From a virus: a stretch of 48,344 nt of DNA. How positions within the stretch are numbered: the stretch's first letter is position 1; the number at the start of each line of letters is the position of its first letter. Location of the stretch: IMG/VR virus record IMGVR_UViG_3300046781_000048; one strand, given 5' to 3'. Of this stretch, positions 6,633-16,151 are shown one piece after another. Under the pieces are notes generated by a model. The model made no database searches. It saw only the letters and a program-made list of their open reading frames with translations, and was not told the DNA's origin. The position numbers and the translations under genes are program-made.

Positions 6633-8363
6633 TCACTCCGCTATGTAGACGGTCAACGTCCCTGCGACGGGTCCGCCTAGAATATTGATAAATGTAGTAC
6701 CAAACGGCGCGCGCTCGGGCGACTCCGACCCGTCGAACATGGGAGCGCCCTGCAGCGCAGGATTCGATGCAGCGGTCGCAGTTGCAGAGATAGTGATGGA
6801 GGCTGTCCCCCAGTTATAAAGACATTGGGCGCCAGCCTTTACGACCAGCATCTTGCCAGCGTCGATCGCTGTCTTTAGCCCGGTATACAATGGGCCGGTC
6901 AAGTCGACGTTCGCAGCCGTGCCCGCAGTAAATGCAAAGCCGAAAATCTTCGACGCGCTAGCCGTTGCTGAGCCTGGCCCTGGTCCCATTGTTACCCCCT
7001 GCTGGTCTGAGAACGAACGCGCAAGCCATGTCGTACTGATGGCCGTTACGACTACGCAGGCATTTGCGTACGGTACGACGTAGTCTGCTGCTGCGCCATT
7101 GATCTGATTTGCGCCTGCGCGCTTGATCGTTACTGGGAAAGCGCCGACGATCATAAAGACGAACGTCCGACCCGTAAAGAGCGCAGGCAGCGTGATGTTA
7201 CGCGCCGCTGCCGTAGCGTTGACATGGATGACGGTCTCTTTCGTCGAGACGTCGAGCGTCGCATCTGCTGAGAGGCTGCGCGTATCGTAGACCGTTCCGC
7301 CGCGCAGCTTGCTGACTGATGCTGTATTGCCCAGCTCTAGAGCGTCCTTATGCGCCAGCAGCGCATTGATTCCGCCGTGCGTAACTACCAGCGCTTCCCC
7401 GAAACCGACGGCGATCTTTGCGCCAACACTCGACCCCGGGCCCGCAAAATTCAGCTCGGCCGCGAGCACCTGACATGACGTAGCGGGGGTCGTATCGCCT
7501 GATATTTTTTCGACCCGGTTCGCGGCAGCGGCCCCTCTTGCGTCTCCGTTCAGAGTCGTCAGCACTGTAGCGTCGGAGAACGATCGCGCGTACCAGCCCC
7601 CAGCGATGCCGGTAACGACCGTGCAAGCCCCCGCATAGGGAACGACATAGTTTGCGCCGGCTACTCCGTTCATCGAATCGAGCGCGAACGGTTCGATAAC
7701 ATCGCCCTCAGCGAGCGATTCGATGATGCCGGTACTAGGCTTGATCGTTACGGTAAAGGCGCCCGTCGTTACGAAGACGAACGTACGGCCAACAATCATC
7801 GCGGGCAGGGTAACGTTTCGACTGCCTGCAGTAGCGTCGACATAGACGAGCATATCTTTCGTCGTAACGTCGAGCGTCGTATCAAGCGTCGAAATGGCGC
7901 GCGTTGTAAATCGCACGCCGCCTTCTAGCAGATTGACCGCGGTCGTATTGCCTAGCGTAGGGCGCGACCAGGAAGCGAGAAGCGCTCGCTTATTCATATG
8001 CAGAATCTCTAGACAATCATTTTCGGCAATATTTCTTTGCAGGTGCGCCGTTATTACTGGGGGGCTTTCCTTATTCCAAAAGCGGAACGTATCCGCTAGC
8101 ACGCTGACTAGCCCAGGGCCCTTTCCCCCAGTGATGAACTCGATATTGTTAGCCGCGGTCGACCCGCGAACGTCGCCAGACATCGGAAGGCCTTCCGCGT
8201 TAATCGAGATCGAAACCTTGCCCTCCGTTGGATTGTCGACGACATCGAAATCGGCGCTTAGTGCCCAGATGGGACGCGGGGGTATTGTCGTTCCGTCCCA
8301 TTCGATAGTAGCCCCTCCGCCTTGCGCTGCTGCGTTGACGAGACCGTCTAGCCAGTGTCCCAT
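6633..8363 (-). CDS. Tail fibre protein with an internally duplicated ~190-aa module
   Basis: 576 aa, Gly/Ala/Thr/Val-rich, downstream of the baseplate genes. Two copies of a module each end in ARSFSD. Confidence 0.65.
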   Translation of the reverse strand: MGHWLDGLVNAAAQGGGATIEWDGTTIPPRPIWALSADFDVVDNPTEGKVSISINAEGLPMSGDVRGSTAANNIEFITGGKGPGLVSVLADTFRFWNKESPPVITAHLQRNIAENDCLEILHMNKRALLASWSRPTLGNTTAVNLLEGGVRFTTRAISTLDTTLDVTTKDMLVYVDATAGSRNVTLPAMIVGRTFVFVTTGAFTVTIKPSTGIIESLAEGDVIEPFALDSMNGVAGANYVVPYAGACTVVTGIAGGWYARSFSDATVLTTLNGDARGAAAANRVEKISGDTTPATSCQVLAAELNFAGPGSSVGAKIAVGFGEALVVTHGGINALLAHKDALELGNTASVSKLRGGTVYDTRSLSADATLDVSTKETVIHVNATAAARNITLPALFTGRTFVFMIVGAFPVTIKRAGANQINGAAADYVVPYANACVVVTAISTTWLARSFSDQQGVTMGPGPGSATASASKIFGFAFTAGTAANVDLTGPLYTGLKTAIDAGKMLVVKAGAQCLYNWGTASITISATATAASNPALQGAPMFDGSESPERAPFGTTFINILGGPVAGTLTVYIAE

Positions 8364-8375
8364 TTTTCCCCCGTC

Positions 8376-9341
8376 CTACCCGTTGCGCAACGCTACGCCG
8401 CCCTGCTCCCAATAGTCGACGACCCATCCTGCGCCATCAGAAACGAATTCGACCACGACGGTCCGTCCCGTCGTGTTGAATAGGTGCCACTGCTTCGCGC
8501 CGTAGCCTAGAATATAGTAGTTTGGGCCAACCAATACTTTCTGCGCATTGAAGCGAATGCGCTGCCCGAGCGCTGCTCCTGTATGCGAGAGCGAGATGCC
8601 CCGCATCAGCGACGCGTTACCCGACATAATATGTTCGTAGGCGCCCGTCCCATCGACGGAGAAGTCTGCATCGCCATGGTTCGCGGCCGATTGACGCAGC
8701 GTCTTTATCTCTGCGAGTCCTGTGAATGACACTGCCCCGGACGTCGCAAGTGTTGCGCTGTGAAGGTCAACCGACACCGCGTCGATCGAGACGATATGAC
8801 TAACTGGATCGCTGCCGATCGATATGGTCGACCCCGAGACCAGAATCATACCAGTGTTGAGATTGATCGAACTACCGTCGAGCGTGATCGTTCCCGTCGC
8901 ATTGATGTCGATGAACGAGCTGGCGTTGAAACCCATATTGCCTACGCTACCGCCGAGGGACGCGGCATTTAGCGCAATGAACGTTACTGCTCCGAGGGTG
9001 ATCGACTGCGTAGCTGACAGGCTCATTAGGCCCGCGGTCGCTTGAATCGTAATCGTCGCAGAGCTTAGCGCGACCTTCGTCGTCGCAGTGACGTTCGTAA
9101 TCGTATGCGCGAAAATGTCGACCGTGTCAGTCGTAACGGAGAACGAGCCATCAGCGAAGATGGTTGCGCCATGGAAGATCGTATCGGTGAAATCGAACCC
9201 CGTACCGCCTACGCGCAGGACTTCCGTACGATCGGCAAGCTGCGCCATTCCGCGCGCGTAAGCATGCGCAGCGTCGATGTCGCCATCATCGGGCAGCGTA
9301 ATCGACGGCCAATAAAATGGGTTACCCGGGTAATCATGCAT
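8376..9341 (-). CDS. Tail fibre / fibre-proximal protein (321 aa)
   Basis: I prefer the ATG at 9341: a G8 run lies 9 nt upstream and it sits 6 nt after the upstream stop. The listed TTG start is 9365. Ser/Thr/Ala-rich beta-type sequence. Confidence 0.6.
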   Translation of the reverse strand: MHDYPGNPFYWPSITLPDDGDIDAAHAYARGMAQLADRTEVLRVGGTGFDFTDTIFHGATIFADGSFSVTTDTVDIFAHTITNVTATTKVALSSATITIQATAGLMSLSATQSITLGAVTFIALNAASLGGSVGNMGFNASSFIDINATGTITLDGSSINLNTGMILVSGSTISIGSDPVSHIVSIDAVSVDLHSATLATSGAVSFTGLAEIKTLRQSAANHGDADFSVDGTGAYEHIMSGNASLMRGISLSHTGAALGQRIRFNAQKVLVGPNYYILGYGAKQWHLFNTTGRTVVVEFVSDGAGWVVDYWEQGGVALRNG

Positions 9342-9346
9342 CGCTT

Positions 9347-10141
9347 CTAGCCCCCCCCTCGCCAATAGATGCCGCGCGTATCTCGCCCTGCAGTCTGCGT
9401 AACGCTGTCCCAGTAGTTACCCCATGTCCCGTCAGGCAGCGGCGGAGACCCGTCCCCAGGAGCGAACGCATCTGCGTCGAATGAGACGATGATATAGGGG
9501 CAGAGTGCGCCTGCAGGCTTCCATTGTGCAACGATCGACCGTATGCCCTGCACTTCAGAAACCGTAGCGGTCGACCCGATCGATCCTCCCATCGGGACCC
9601 GCTCCCCTATCAGATGCCCAGGCGTACCGAAAACAGGCTCTCTCGCCCATGGCGCAGAGGGTCCTACCGAATAGATGACGACCCAAAAGCGCGCCCATAG
9701 ATCGACCTGATTATCCCAGTTCCAAGCCATCGGATCGACCCGCTCGACCGTCATTGCTCCGTCTATCTCGCGCGTATAGACGACCCCCTGCTGCGTCCAA
9801 ACGCGGATGCGCGCCGTCGCTGGCAGAATGTAGCCAGCGATTTGATCGAGCATGGGTTTTCCTACGCCTGCGCCATGCCAGGCATCGAGCCAGAGCAGCA
9901 GGCGCTGACGGAATGTCGCAGACGATTCATTCGGTCCGCGCATAATCCCCCGGTCGCGCGAATGAAAGAGCAGCGCATCCTCGGGGCAGGTTTCGGGAAA
10001 GCGCACGTGCACTGCCTGATGCGCCGCTTCAGCGAGCGCATCGAGCTGCACGCCGATAAACGAATAAACCATTCGCACTGCCTTCCATGTCAGAAGGCGC
10101 GGAGATGAAAGCGTCGTAGCTATGTTCCGAAAAGTAGGCAT
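9347..10141 (-). CDS. Baseplate/tail protein (Mu gp48 / P2 gpI-like position)
   Basis: Follows the J-like protein. The segment FPETCPEDALLFHSRDRGI resembles DUF2313-type tail proteins by eye. Confidence 0.55.
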   Translation of the reverse strand: MPTFRNIATTLSSPRLLTWKAVRMVYSFIGVQLDALAEAAHQAVHVRFPETCPEDALLFHSRDRGIMRGPNESSATFRQRLLLWLDAWHGAGVGKPMLDQIAGYILPATARIRVWTQQGVVYTREIDGAMTVERVDPMAWNWDNQVDLWARFWVVIYSVGPSAPWAREPVFGTPGHLIGERVPMGGSIGSTATVSEVQGIRSIVAQWKPAGALCPYIIVSFDADAFAPGDGSPPLPDGTWGNYWDSVTQTAGRDTRGIYWRGGG

Positions 10142-10142
10142 C

Positions 10143-11297
10143 TCAGCTTACCTGATGGACTGTTACGCTCGCGGTGCTGCCCGTCCAGATGGGTACCTGC
10201 CCCGTGCTAACGATGATGTCGCTCGTAGATATCTGCGCCTTCAGTGTCCCCGGTATCGCGTTCGCCACTTCCCCGAGCAGCATGCTTGCGTAGACCTGCC
10301 CAGACGAAGGCGGAATAACCACGCCGCCGATCGGAACCGATTGCACGTAATCCTGCAGCGCCGTAAGTACGGCGAGTTTCGCCGCTTCGGTCGTAACGCT
10401 AAGCGAAGCGGGTAGCCAGATTTCGGACCCTGCAGAAATGGATAGATTCGTCGCGCTTATCGCTATCGCGCTGAATCCGTAAGGGGTAACGTTCGCGTCG
10501 AAGGATGCCTGCACGGCTGCCACTGCCTCTGCCGTAACTGCGCCGCTAGGCCCTGCGATGTAGACGTCGACGTGACCATCCCCGGTCGCTGGCATGACGA
10601 GAACGCGCGTAATCCCTACCGGGGTCCCGTCCGGGTAGGTCGCGCTTTTCGCGTAGAATTCATACGCGCGCGAAGGTCCGCCGATGGAGAGCGCTGCGAG
10701 CGAATCGCGACAACGGTCGCGCAGCGCTTCGTCTTCTTCTGCGTCGAGACCCGAGAGCGCTACATCATTCGAGCAGGTAACGCCTAGGAAGGTCGAGACC
10801 ATGATCGTAATCAGACCAGGGAGCGCGCCGCTGCTCGACCCTGCTTCTTCTGCAATAAGATCGAGCTTCAGCGTCTGCCCCTCGCCAGGGTTCAACGTTC
10901 CGCCCGTTGTATTGCGATAGGTCTTTCCCGTATCGTAATGCGCGACAACTAGATCGCCTGGGTCGAAAACGTAGAGACCCCCTCCGTTATTCGTGAGAGT
11001 GATTCCATTCGGCGCAGCGGCGTAGGTCGCTTCGATGCGAAAGACGTTGAAAAGGTTTCTAGCTAACCAGGTCAGCCAGTCGCCTTCTGCAGTATCGAGA
11101 AATCCGCCGGCTGCGATGATGCGAATAACATCGCCCGCAGTCGTATAGAGCTGCGCGAAGAGCGCGACCAGCGTCCGGGTATAGCCCCCCTCTGACCAGT
11201 TTTGGGTTTGCAGACCTACGGCGCTTGCTACCTCGATGATCTTCCGCTTCCAATCCTCTAGCGGGACAGGCGTTAGAAGCTGCGCAAATGAGAGCAT
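10143..11297 (-). CDS. Baseplate J-like wedge protein
   Basis: 384 aa, TAATG coupling at 11297. Size and position match Mu gp47 / P2 gpJ. Confidence 0.65.
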   Translation of the reverse strand: MLSFAQLLTPVPLEDWKRKIIEVASAVGLQTQNWSEGGYTRTLVALFAQLYTTAGDVIRIIAAGGFLDTAEGDWLTWLARNLFNVFRIEATYAAAPNGITLTNNGGGLYVFDPGDLVVAHYDTGKTYRNTTGGTLNPGEGQTLKLDLIAEEAGSSSGALPGLITIMVSTFLGVTCSNDVALSGLDAEEDEALRDRCRDSLAALSIGGPSRAYEFYAKSATYPDGTPVGITRVLVMPATGDGHVDVYIAGPSGAVTAEAVAAVQASFDANVTPYGFSAIAISATNLSISAGSEIWLPASLSVTTEAAKLAVLTALQDYVQSVPIGGVVIPPSSGQVYASMLLGEVANAIPGTLKAQISTSDIIVSTGQVPIWTGSTASVTVHQVS

Positions 11298-11713
11298 TAG
11301 ATTCCCCCTGGCAGCAGCTTGATCGCGAGGTTCAGCTGCTCATCATCGACCTTCCCAACTAGCTCGAAGGGCCCCTCTGCGGTCTCGCAGCGGATCGAAA
11401 TATCATATTCGACCCGGGGACCGTCGACGATGCGAACGACATCGACGGTCGCAGTCAGGATCCGATCATCGTCTGTCAGCTGCGCCTGAATGCGACCCGG
11501 TAGGCTCGCTGCGTCTGCCTCCGTATCGACTGACCCGATGATCCCTAGAAGATCTATCCCGTAGTTCGGGGCATCAGCCTCTAGAATGCCTGCTCCCCTA
11601 GGGGTCTGCAGTCGCCAGAACGTATCTTGCGCCACTAGCTCGACCCCGGTAACGGTCCGGGTTTCGTCGATGTCCTCTGCAGAGGACATATCTAGGCCGA
11701 AGTTTGTCGTCAT
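11297..11713 (-). CDS. Small baseplate protein (W/gp46-like position, 138 aa)
   Basis: The start at 11713 forms an ATGA overlap with the upstream stop at 11710. The listed ORF extends to 11830. Confidence 0.5.
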   Translation of the reverse strand: MTTNFGLDMSSAEDIDETRTVTGVELVAQDTFWRLQTPRGAGILEADAPNYGIDLLGIIGSVDTEADAASLPGRIQAQLTDDDRILTATVDVVRIVDGPRVEYDISIRCETAEGPFELVGKVDDEQLNLAIKLLPGGI

Positions 11714-11928
11714 GTGACTGTGCCCGTTCCTGCTACGGGTCCGCCCCCTGGGGGCGAAGTCATCAGCAGCGGCAGAACGGTCGCGTTCGCGACTATCTCT
11801 GCGATGACGGTTGTCGCAATGACGTTGCATACCGCCGTCAGCGCGGCGTTATCGATCGCCTGCGTCGTAGGGTTCGCGACGAAGGCTGCGCGCAGCGCCG
11901 TCGCGAGACGGGTAGAGCTGAGGGGCAT
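11710..11928 (-). CDS. Hypothetical small virion protein (72 aa)
   Basis: Ala/Thr-rich, ends in GGGPVAGTGTVT. Coupled to both neighbours. Confidence 0.45.
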   Translation of the reverse strand: MPLSSTRLATALRAAFVANPTTQAIDNAALTAVCNVIATTVIAEIVANATVLPLLMTSPPGGGPVAGTGTVT

Positions 11929-13025
11929 TAGGCGATCCTCGTTTGCAGAGAGCCTGTCGTAATCGCTCCCCCGAAGGGACCCGCTACGACCTTATCCGTC
12001 AGCCGCGCTGCGCCGAGTATCGCGCCTTCGCCTATCTCTATCAGCGTCGCATCGATCGTGATCGACAGCGGCGTAAATCCGATGCCCTCCGCTTCTTCGA
12101 ATGCGACGATGATCGGGCGACCGGGGGAAGCGTCGACGAAAGAGACGAGAACGCGAGAGCCTGGCATCAGATTCGCGCGCGCGCCTGGGATGCCAGGGCG
12201 AACGGTTACCCGCTGCAGGTCTGGCATTCCGATCGAGACTCGGATCGGCTGCAGGTCGACCCGGTCGCCCAGTTGAAAAACTACGCGATACTCGTAGACC
12301 CCCCGGAATTTGCGATCGGGGTCGAGCGCATCGAAGATGCGACGATACGCATCGAGACGGCGCGACGTCTCTGCGTAGCCCTTCCCCCATATCGATGTAC
12401 GGATTTTCCCCGCTGCAAACTCATGCAAAACGTCGACTGCTTCTAAGCCTTCGACTATCGCCCCTGGGGTAATCGCTGCGATCGACTCCGTCGCCAGCGT
12501 CAGCGTCCCTCGCGATCGGTCAAGGGCGATGAGCGCAGTAGGGAGCGATACCGTCCTAGACGCTCTGCGTCCGATGCGCGTCAGCCCATCTTCTCCGACG
12601 TACCAGTTTCTAGGCGCAATCGACTCTAGTTCCCTCGCTGCCGCTGCTTCGTCCCTGGTCCATGCAGGGCCTAGGCGCGACGTCGGAAGGGTCGCCTGGT
12701 CGAAGGTCTCGCCGCATGCGCCTGCAGCGTCGATAAGCGCGGTAGACGCCTTAACCCCTGCGTCGTTCGCGAACGACTTCGCTGCGATGATCTTCCCCCA
12801 GCCTGCAGCGCCTAGCGCCATGCGATACGAACTGCGCCCGGTAGGACCGATGCCCCCCGATACGATCGTAACGGACAGGGTTAGATCTGCGACGGCTAGC
12901 GAGACTTTCCCGACTAGGGGGACTTCTTCATCAAGGGTCGCCTCTGCCCATGCGACCCCCCAGGCTGGCATGGAGATCCTACCAGTGACCAGACGATGCC
13001 CTGCGAGCGTCGCTGTAATGGTCAT
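11928..13025 (-). CDS. Baseplate hub / central spike protein
   Basis: 365 aa. C-terminal GSRVLVSFVDASPGRPIIVAFEE resembles the OB-fold motif of gpV/VgrG-type spikes (by eye). Located after the tape measure. Confidence 0.55.
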   Translation of the reverse strand: MTITATLAGHRLVTGRISMPAWGVAWAEATLDEEVPLVGKVSLAVADLTLSVTIVSGGIGPTGRSSYRMALGAAGWGKIIAAKSFANDAGVKASTALIDAAGACGETFDQATLPTSRLGPAWTRDEAAAARELESIAPRNWYVGEDGLTRIGRRASRTVSLPTALIALDRSRGTLTLATESIAAITPGAIVEGLEAVDVLHEFAAGKIRTSIWGKGYAETSRRLDAYRRIFDALDPDRKFRGVYEYRVVFQLGDRVDLQPIRVSIGMPDLQRVTVRPGIPGARANLMPGSRVLVSFVDASPGRPIIVAFEEAEGIGFTPLSITIDATLIEIGEGAILGAARLTDKVVAGPFGGAITTGSLQTRIA

Positions 13026-13585
13026 GGCTTCCCCTGCAGTTCTGCCTTCGCTTTTTTCGCTTCTTCCGTCGCTGCCCTTAGCTGCGCCTTGACGTCTGCA
13101 TTTGGGTCGTCAGTCCCTGGCGCCTTCGTCGGTTTCGTCGCTAGCCCCGTCGTCTTTTTGGGAGGGCGATACTCCAAAAACTTGACGATGATTTTCGCTC
13201 CGCCCTTACCGTCATGGGCCATCCCTCCGATCGATGCCTGCGAGACAGTCTTGATATCGTTCGCAGCGAGATCAGGATGGTAGATAGGGGTCGCCTTCGG
13301 AGCGCCCGATTTCGGCAGCATCGATTTGATAAAGGCAGCGAAGACTTCCCAGGCTGCGAAGTCGTCAATCGCTAGGACAGGATCGCGCGTCAGCCTAAAC
13401 TCGCACTGAAATTGCGCGATCGTTTCTCCCTTGTACGTCGTAGTCCCTCCCCCATGGCCGATCGGTTCTTTGACGTCCCAGCGCTGGTTACGATCATGGC
13501 CAGAGACGACAACGATACCGGGGGACCGCTTCGTCCCTAGGACGATCGCATCGTAGAGATCTTCATTATCGACCGGGTTAGGCAT
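13022..13585 (-). CDS. Tail/baseplate-associated protein (187 aa)
   Basis: The start at 13585 overlaps the tape-measure stop. The position corresponds to P2 gpU / Mu gp43 but there is no motif-level support. Confidence 0.5.
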   Translation of the reverse strand: MPNPVDNEDLYDAIVLGTKRSPGIVVVSGHDRNQRWDVKEPIGHGGGTTTYKGETIAQFQCEFRLTRDPVLAIDDFAAWEVFAAFIKSMLPKSGAPKATPIYHPDLAANDIKTVSQASIGGMAHDGKGGAKIIVKFLEYRPPKKTTGLATKPTKAPGTDDPNADVKAQLRAATEEAKKAKAELQGKP

Positions 13586-15563
13586 GGGCGACTTCGCCTC
13601 CCCCGAGCGACAGCGCATCGCCTTCGAGCGCGCGCGTTAGCTGCTCGATGAAATCTAGCGCTAGCTCTTTCGCGCTCTCGCCATTGATGGTCATGTTTTG
13701 AACTACGACAGACGCTCCCCCAGGCGATGCCTTACCGGGCGCTGCGCCCATAGGCGGAGCGACCATCGCCTGCATCGCGCTCTCTGCTTCGCCTGCGCTG
13801 TCGTCGACTCCCATTGTGTAACCGGCGACAGTGTCGGATCCCATCTCTGCAAAAAGCTTCGACGGAGATCCCATCTTTAGGAACTTCATGACGCCGCCTA
13901 CGCCGTTTTTGATGACCCCCAGTATCGCAGCGGCGAAGTCCTTAGCTGCTCCCCATACGCCTTCGACGAGACCTAGGACGATATTTTTCCCAACGTCGTA
14001 AAGGACATCAAGCCCCGTCAGCGCTGCGATCATCTTCCAAATCGCAAAGGTCAGATCCATGCAGAACGACCAGACCTTATAGATCGCGTAGGCCAGCGCT
14101 CCGAAGTAGGCGAGCACTAGCGCGACATTGACGACAACGGCAGCGATCGCAGCGACGAAAACCCCGATGATGATCGCAGACGCGATAAGGATCGCCTGTC
14201 CGATCATCTTGAATATCCCATGAAAGGGGAGCGTCGCAGTGTACGCCTTGACCGCGTAAAGCTCTGCGTAGAGAAAGAGTCGCTCGACCCAGACGAGCGC
14301 ATCGGCCGATCCGTCGACCAGCGGTTGAAAGAGCGACTCAAATAGGAATTGCATCGCTCCGCCGCTTTCCGTCGCAGAGTCGAAGAGCGATCCTAGCTTC
14401 GCGATGCCTTCGAGCAGCTTGTCGATCTTCAGCCCCCCGAAGGTCGACTTGATATTTTCCCCGAAGCGCTTCGACTGAAAATTGAGCGAGAGCATTTCTG
14501 CTGCGAAATCAGGGCCAAACTTCAGCTTTGCTGCCTTGATGGCTGCTTCTTCGAGCTTGCCGGCTAGCTGGTCGCCTGCGACCCCTGACTTTTTCAGATC
14601 GCCAGCTAGGTCCATTAGCTCGCTGCGCGTCATCGGAACGGCAGACGAGACGTTATCGATGGCGTCCGCTAGGTCGCCCCCTGCTGCAGCGCTGCCCGCT
14701 AGGCCATCAATCAAAAGGCCCTGCGTTCGATTCGCATCTGCGAGCGAGACTCCCCATGTCGTGATCGATACGGCTGCTGCGACGGCTGCAGCGCCGATCG
14801 CAACGATGGCAACTGCTACCGCGACGTAGGGACCAGCGGATCCCATCGCTCCGCCCAGCTTCGTAAATGCGCCAGCGAGACCACCTAGTTTTCCGGAGAC
14901 TTCGCCGATGGGCCCCCCGACCTTGCTAAGCGCCTGGCCTATGTCGCTGAGCTTGCCAGTCCCTGCTGCTGCTTTACCGGCTGCTGCAGCCTTCGCGGCT
15001 GCCTCTTTCTCCGCCGCTGATGCCTTCTTCGCTGCTTCGCCCAGATTCGCGTAGCCTTTCTCTAGGCCCTTATGCGAAGCGTTGACAGCGTCCGTATGGA
15101 TCTTCACTAGGTCAAGCTCTGCAGCTTCGAGCGATAGTGCGCCTGCGAGCTTCTCTGCGCTCGCCCCTGCCTCCTTTTGCCGCGCGTAAAGCTGCGCGTA
15201 GGCGATGTCGAGATCTTCGAGGCGCTTCGTATTGCCGGCTGCGAGCGCGCGCGCCTGCTGCTCTTCGACGCGCGCCATCTGCTGCGCGATTTGTTCGACG
15301 GAGCGCGATGCCTTATTGGCTGCAGCCTCCGCTGCAGCGTATTTCGCTTCGCTCTGGGTCAGCGCATCGTTAGCCGATTTGACGGCTGCTGCTGACTGCT
15401 CGAGAGCGACCGCGGTCGACTTCGCCGCTGATTCGAGATTACCGGACGCAGCCCCTGCAGCGAGCATGCGATCGCCCATCGTCTCTAGTGTCGAGACGGC
15501 GGCATCTCCGCCCGTAAACTTCGCGGCTAGCTCGATGAGATATTGCGTCCCGTCCGTCGCCAT
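13578..15563 (-). CDS. Tail tape measure protein
   Basis: 661 aa, Ala-rich coiled-coil N-terminal half and several hydrophobic helices in the C-terminal half. Sits immediately downstream of the frameshifted chaperone. Confidence 0.8.
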   Translation of the reverse strand: MATDGTQYLIELAAKFTGGDAAVSTLETMGDRMLAAGAASGNLESAAKSTAVALEQSAAAVKSANDALTQSEAKYAAAEAAANKASRSVEQIAQQMARVEEQQARALAAGNTKRLEDLDIAYAQLYARQKEAGASAEKLAGALSLEAAELDLVKIHTDAVNASHKGLEKGYANLGEAAKKASAAEKEAAAKAAAAGKAAAGTGKLSDIGQALSKVGGPIGEVSGKLGGLAGAFTKLGGAMGSAGPYVAVAVAIVAIGAAAVAAAVSITTWGVSLADANRTQGLLIDGLAGSAAAGGDLADAIDNVSSAVPMTRSELMDLAGDLKKSGVAGDQLAGKLEEAAIKAAKLKFGPDFAAEMLSLNFQSKRFGENIKSTFGGLKIDKLLEGIAKLGSLFDSATESGGAMQFLFESLFQPLVDGSADALVWVERLFLYAELYAVKAYTATLPFHGIFKMIGQAILIASAIIIGVFVAAIAAVVVNVALVLAYFGALAYAIYKVWSFCMDLTFAIWKMIAALTGLDVLYDVGKNIVLGLVEGVWGAAKDFAAAILGVIKNGVGGVMKFLKMGSPSKLFAEMGSDTVAGYTMGVDDSAGEAESAMQAMVAPPMGAAPGKASPGGASVVVQNMTINGESAKELALDFIEQLTRALEGDALSLGGGEVAHA

Positions 15564-15574
15564 TGTCGCTCATT

Positions 15575-16137
15575 TCATTTCTTCTTTAGGGCGGACCGAA
15601 CGAGGTTAATAAACTCTGCGATAACTATCGCTCCGACCCTGGCATCGTCGCTCTCGTCTCCCTTGCGCAACGCGATTAGGCAATCTCCGAGAGCGACCGC
15701 ATTGCGCTGCGCTTCGCCCAGTCTCTCGGTCAATCTTTTCCCTCAGCCTCCCCCAGTCGAATCGCTTCGACTCCGACGTTATCGTGCAGCGACGGCCATT
15801 CTTCCTTCATGCGTTCGTATGTCGCTTCGTCTGGATACGCTACGCAGCTCGACGACATGAGATCTTTTGCCGCGCCTATCTCGGAAGTCTTCTGCCCCGA
15901 CTTGCGAACCATCTGCCGAAATCGATTGAAGACGCTAGACGATGGCGTTCGAACGACTACCAGCGTCGGAAGGCCAGGGACATGCGAAGGGGTCTGCAAA
16001 ATCCCGACGCGCCCATCTCCGTATTGCTCCTCGAGCTTATCGACTTCGATCAAATCTTTTTCGTACTGCTCCGCTCGCAGCTTCGCAGTCTCTGCCTTAC
16101 GCTTCGCCCGTCGCGCTTCGATTTCCTCTACGCTCAT
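15575..16137 (-). CDS. Tail assembly chaperone, -1 frameshift fusion product
   Basis: The zero frame stops at 15730. From the slippery G_GGA_AAA the -1 frame stays open for 55 more codons to a TGA at 15575..15577, 11 nt before the tape-measure ATG. Confidence 0.6.
15730..16137 (-). CDS. Tail assembly chaperone (zero-frame product, 135 aa)
   Basis: Acidic, between the tube and the tape measure. This is the canonical gpE/gpG-type position. Confidence 0.7.
   Translation of the reverse strand: MSVEEIEARRAKRKAETAKLRAEQYEKDLIEVDKLEEQYGDGRVGILQTPSHVPGLPTLVVVRTPSSSVFNRFRQMVRKSGQKTSEIGAAKDLMSSSCVAYPDEATYERMKEEWPSLHDNVGVEAIRLGEAEGKD
15736..15742 (-). promoter_or_regulatory. Programmed -1 ribosomal frameshift slippery heptamer G_GGA_AAA
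   Basis: Minus-strand codons GAG GGA AAA GAT TGA. The heptamer fits X_XXY_YYZ, two codons before the stop. Confidence 0.6.
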
Positions 16138-16151
16138 ACGTTCCCCCCATT

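Noticed and set aside
6633-8363. Diversity-generating retroelement acting on the duplicated tail-fibre module.
   Set aside because: No reverse transcriptase ORF exists anywhere on the circle. The two repeats differ at all base types, not specifically at adenines.
13698-15609. Several plus-strand ORFs antisense to the tape measure gene.
   Set aside because: They have Ala/Ser/Arg-rich mirror-frame composition of an Ala-rich gene and no SD sequences.
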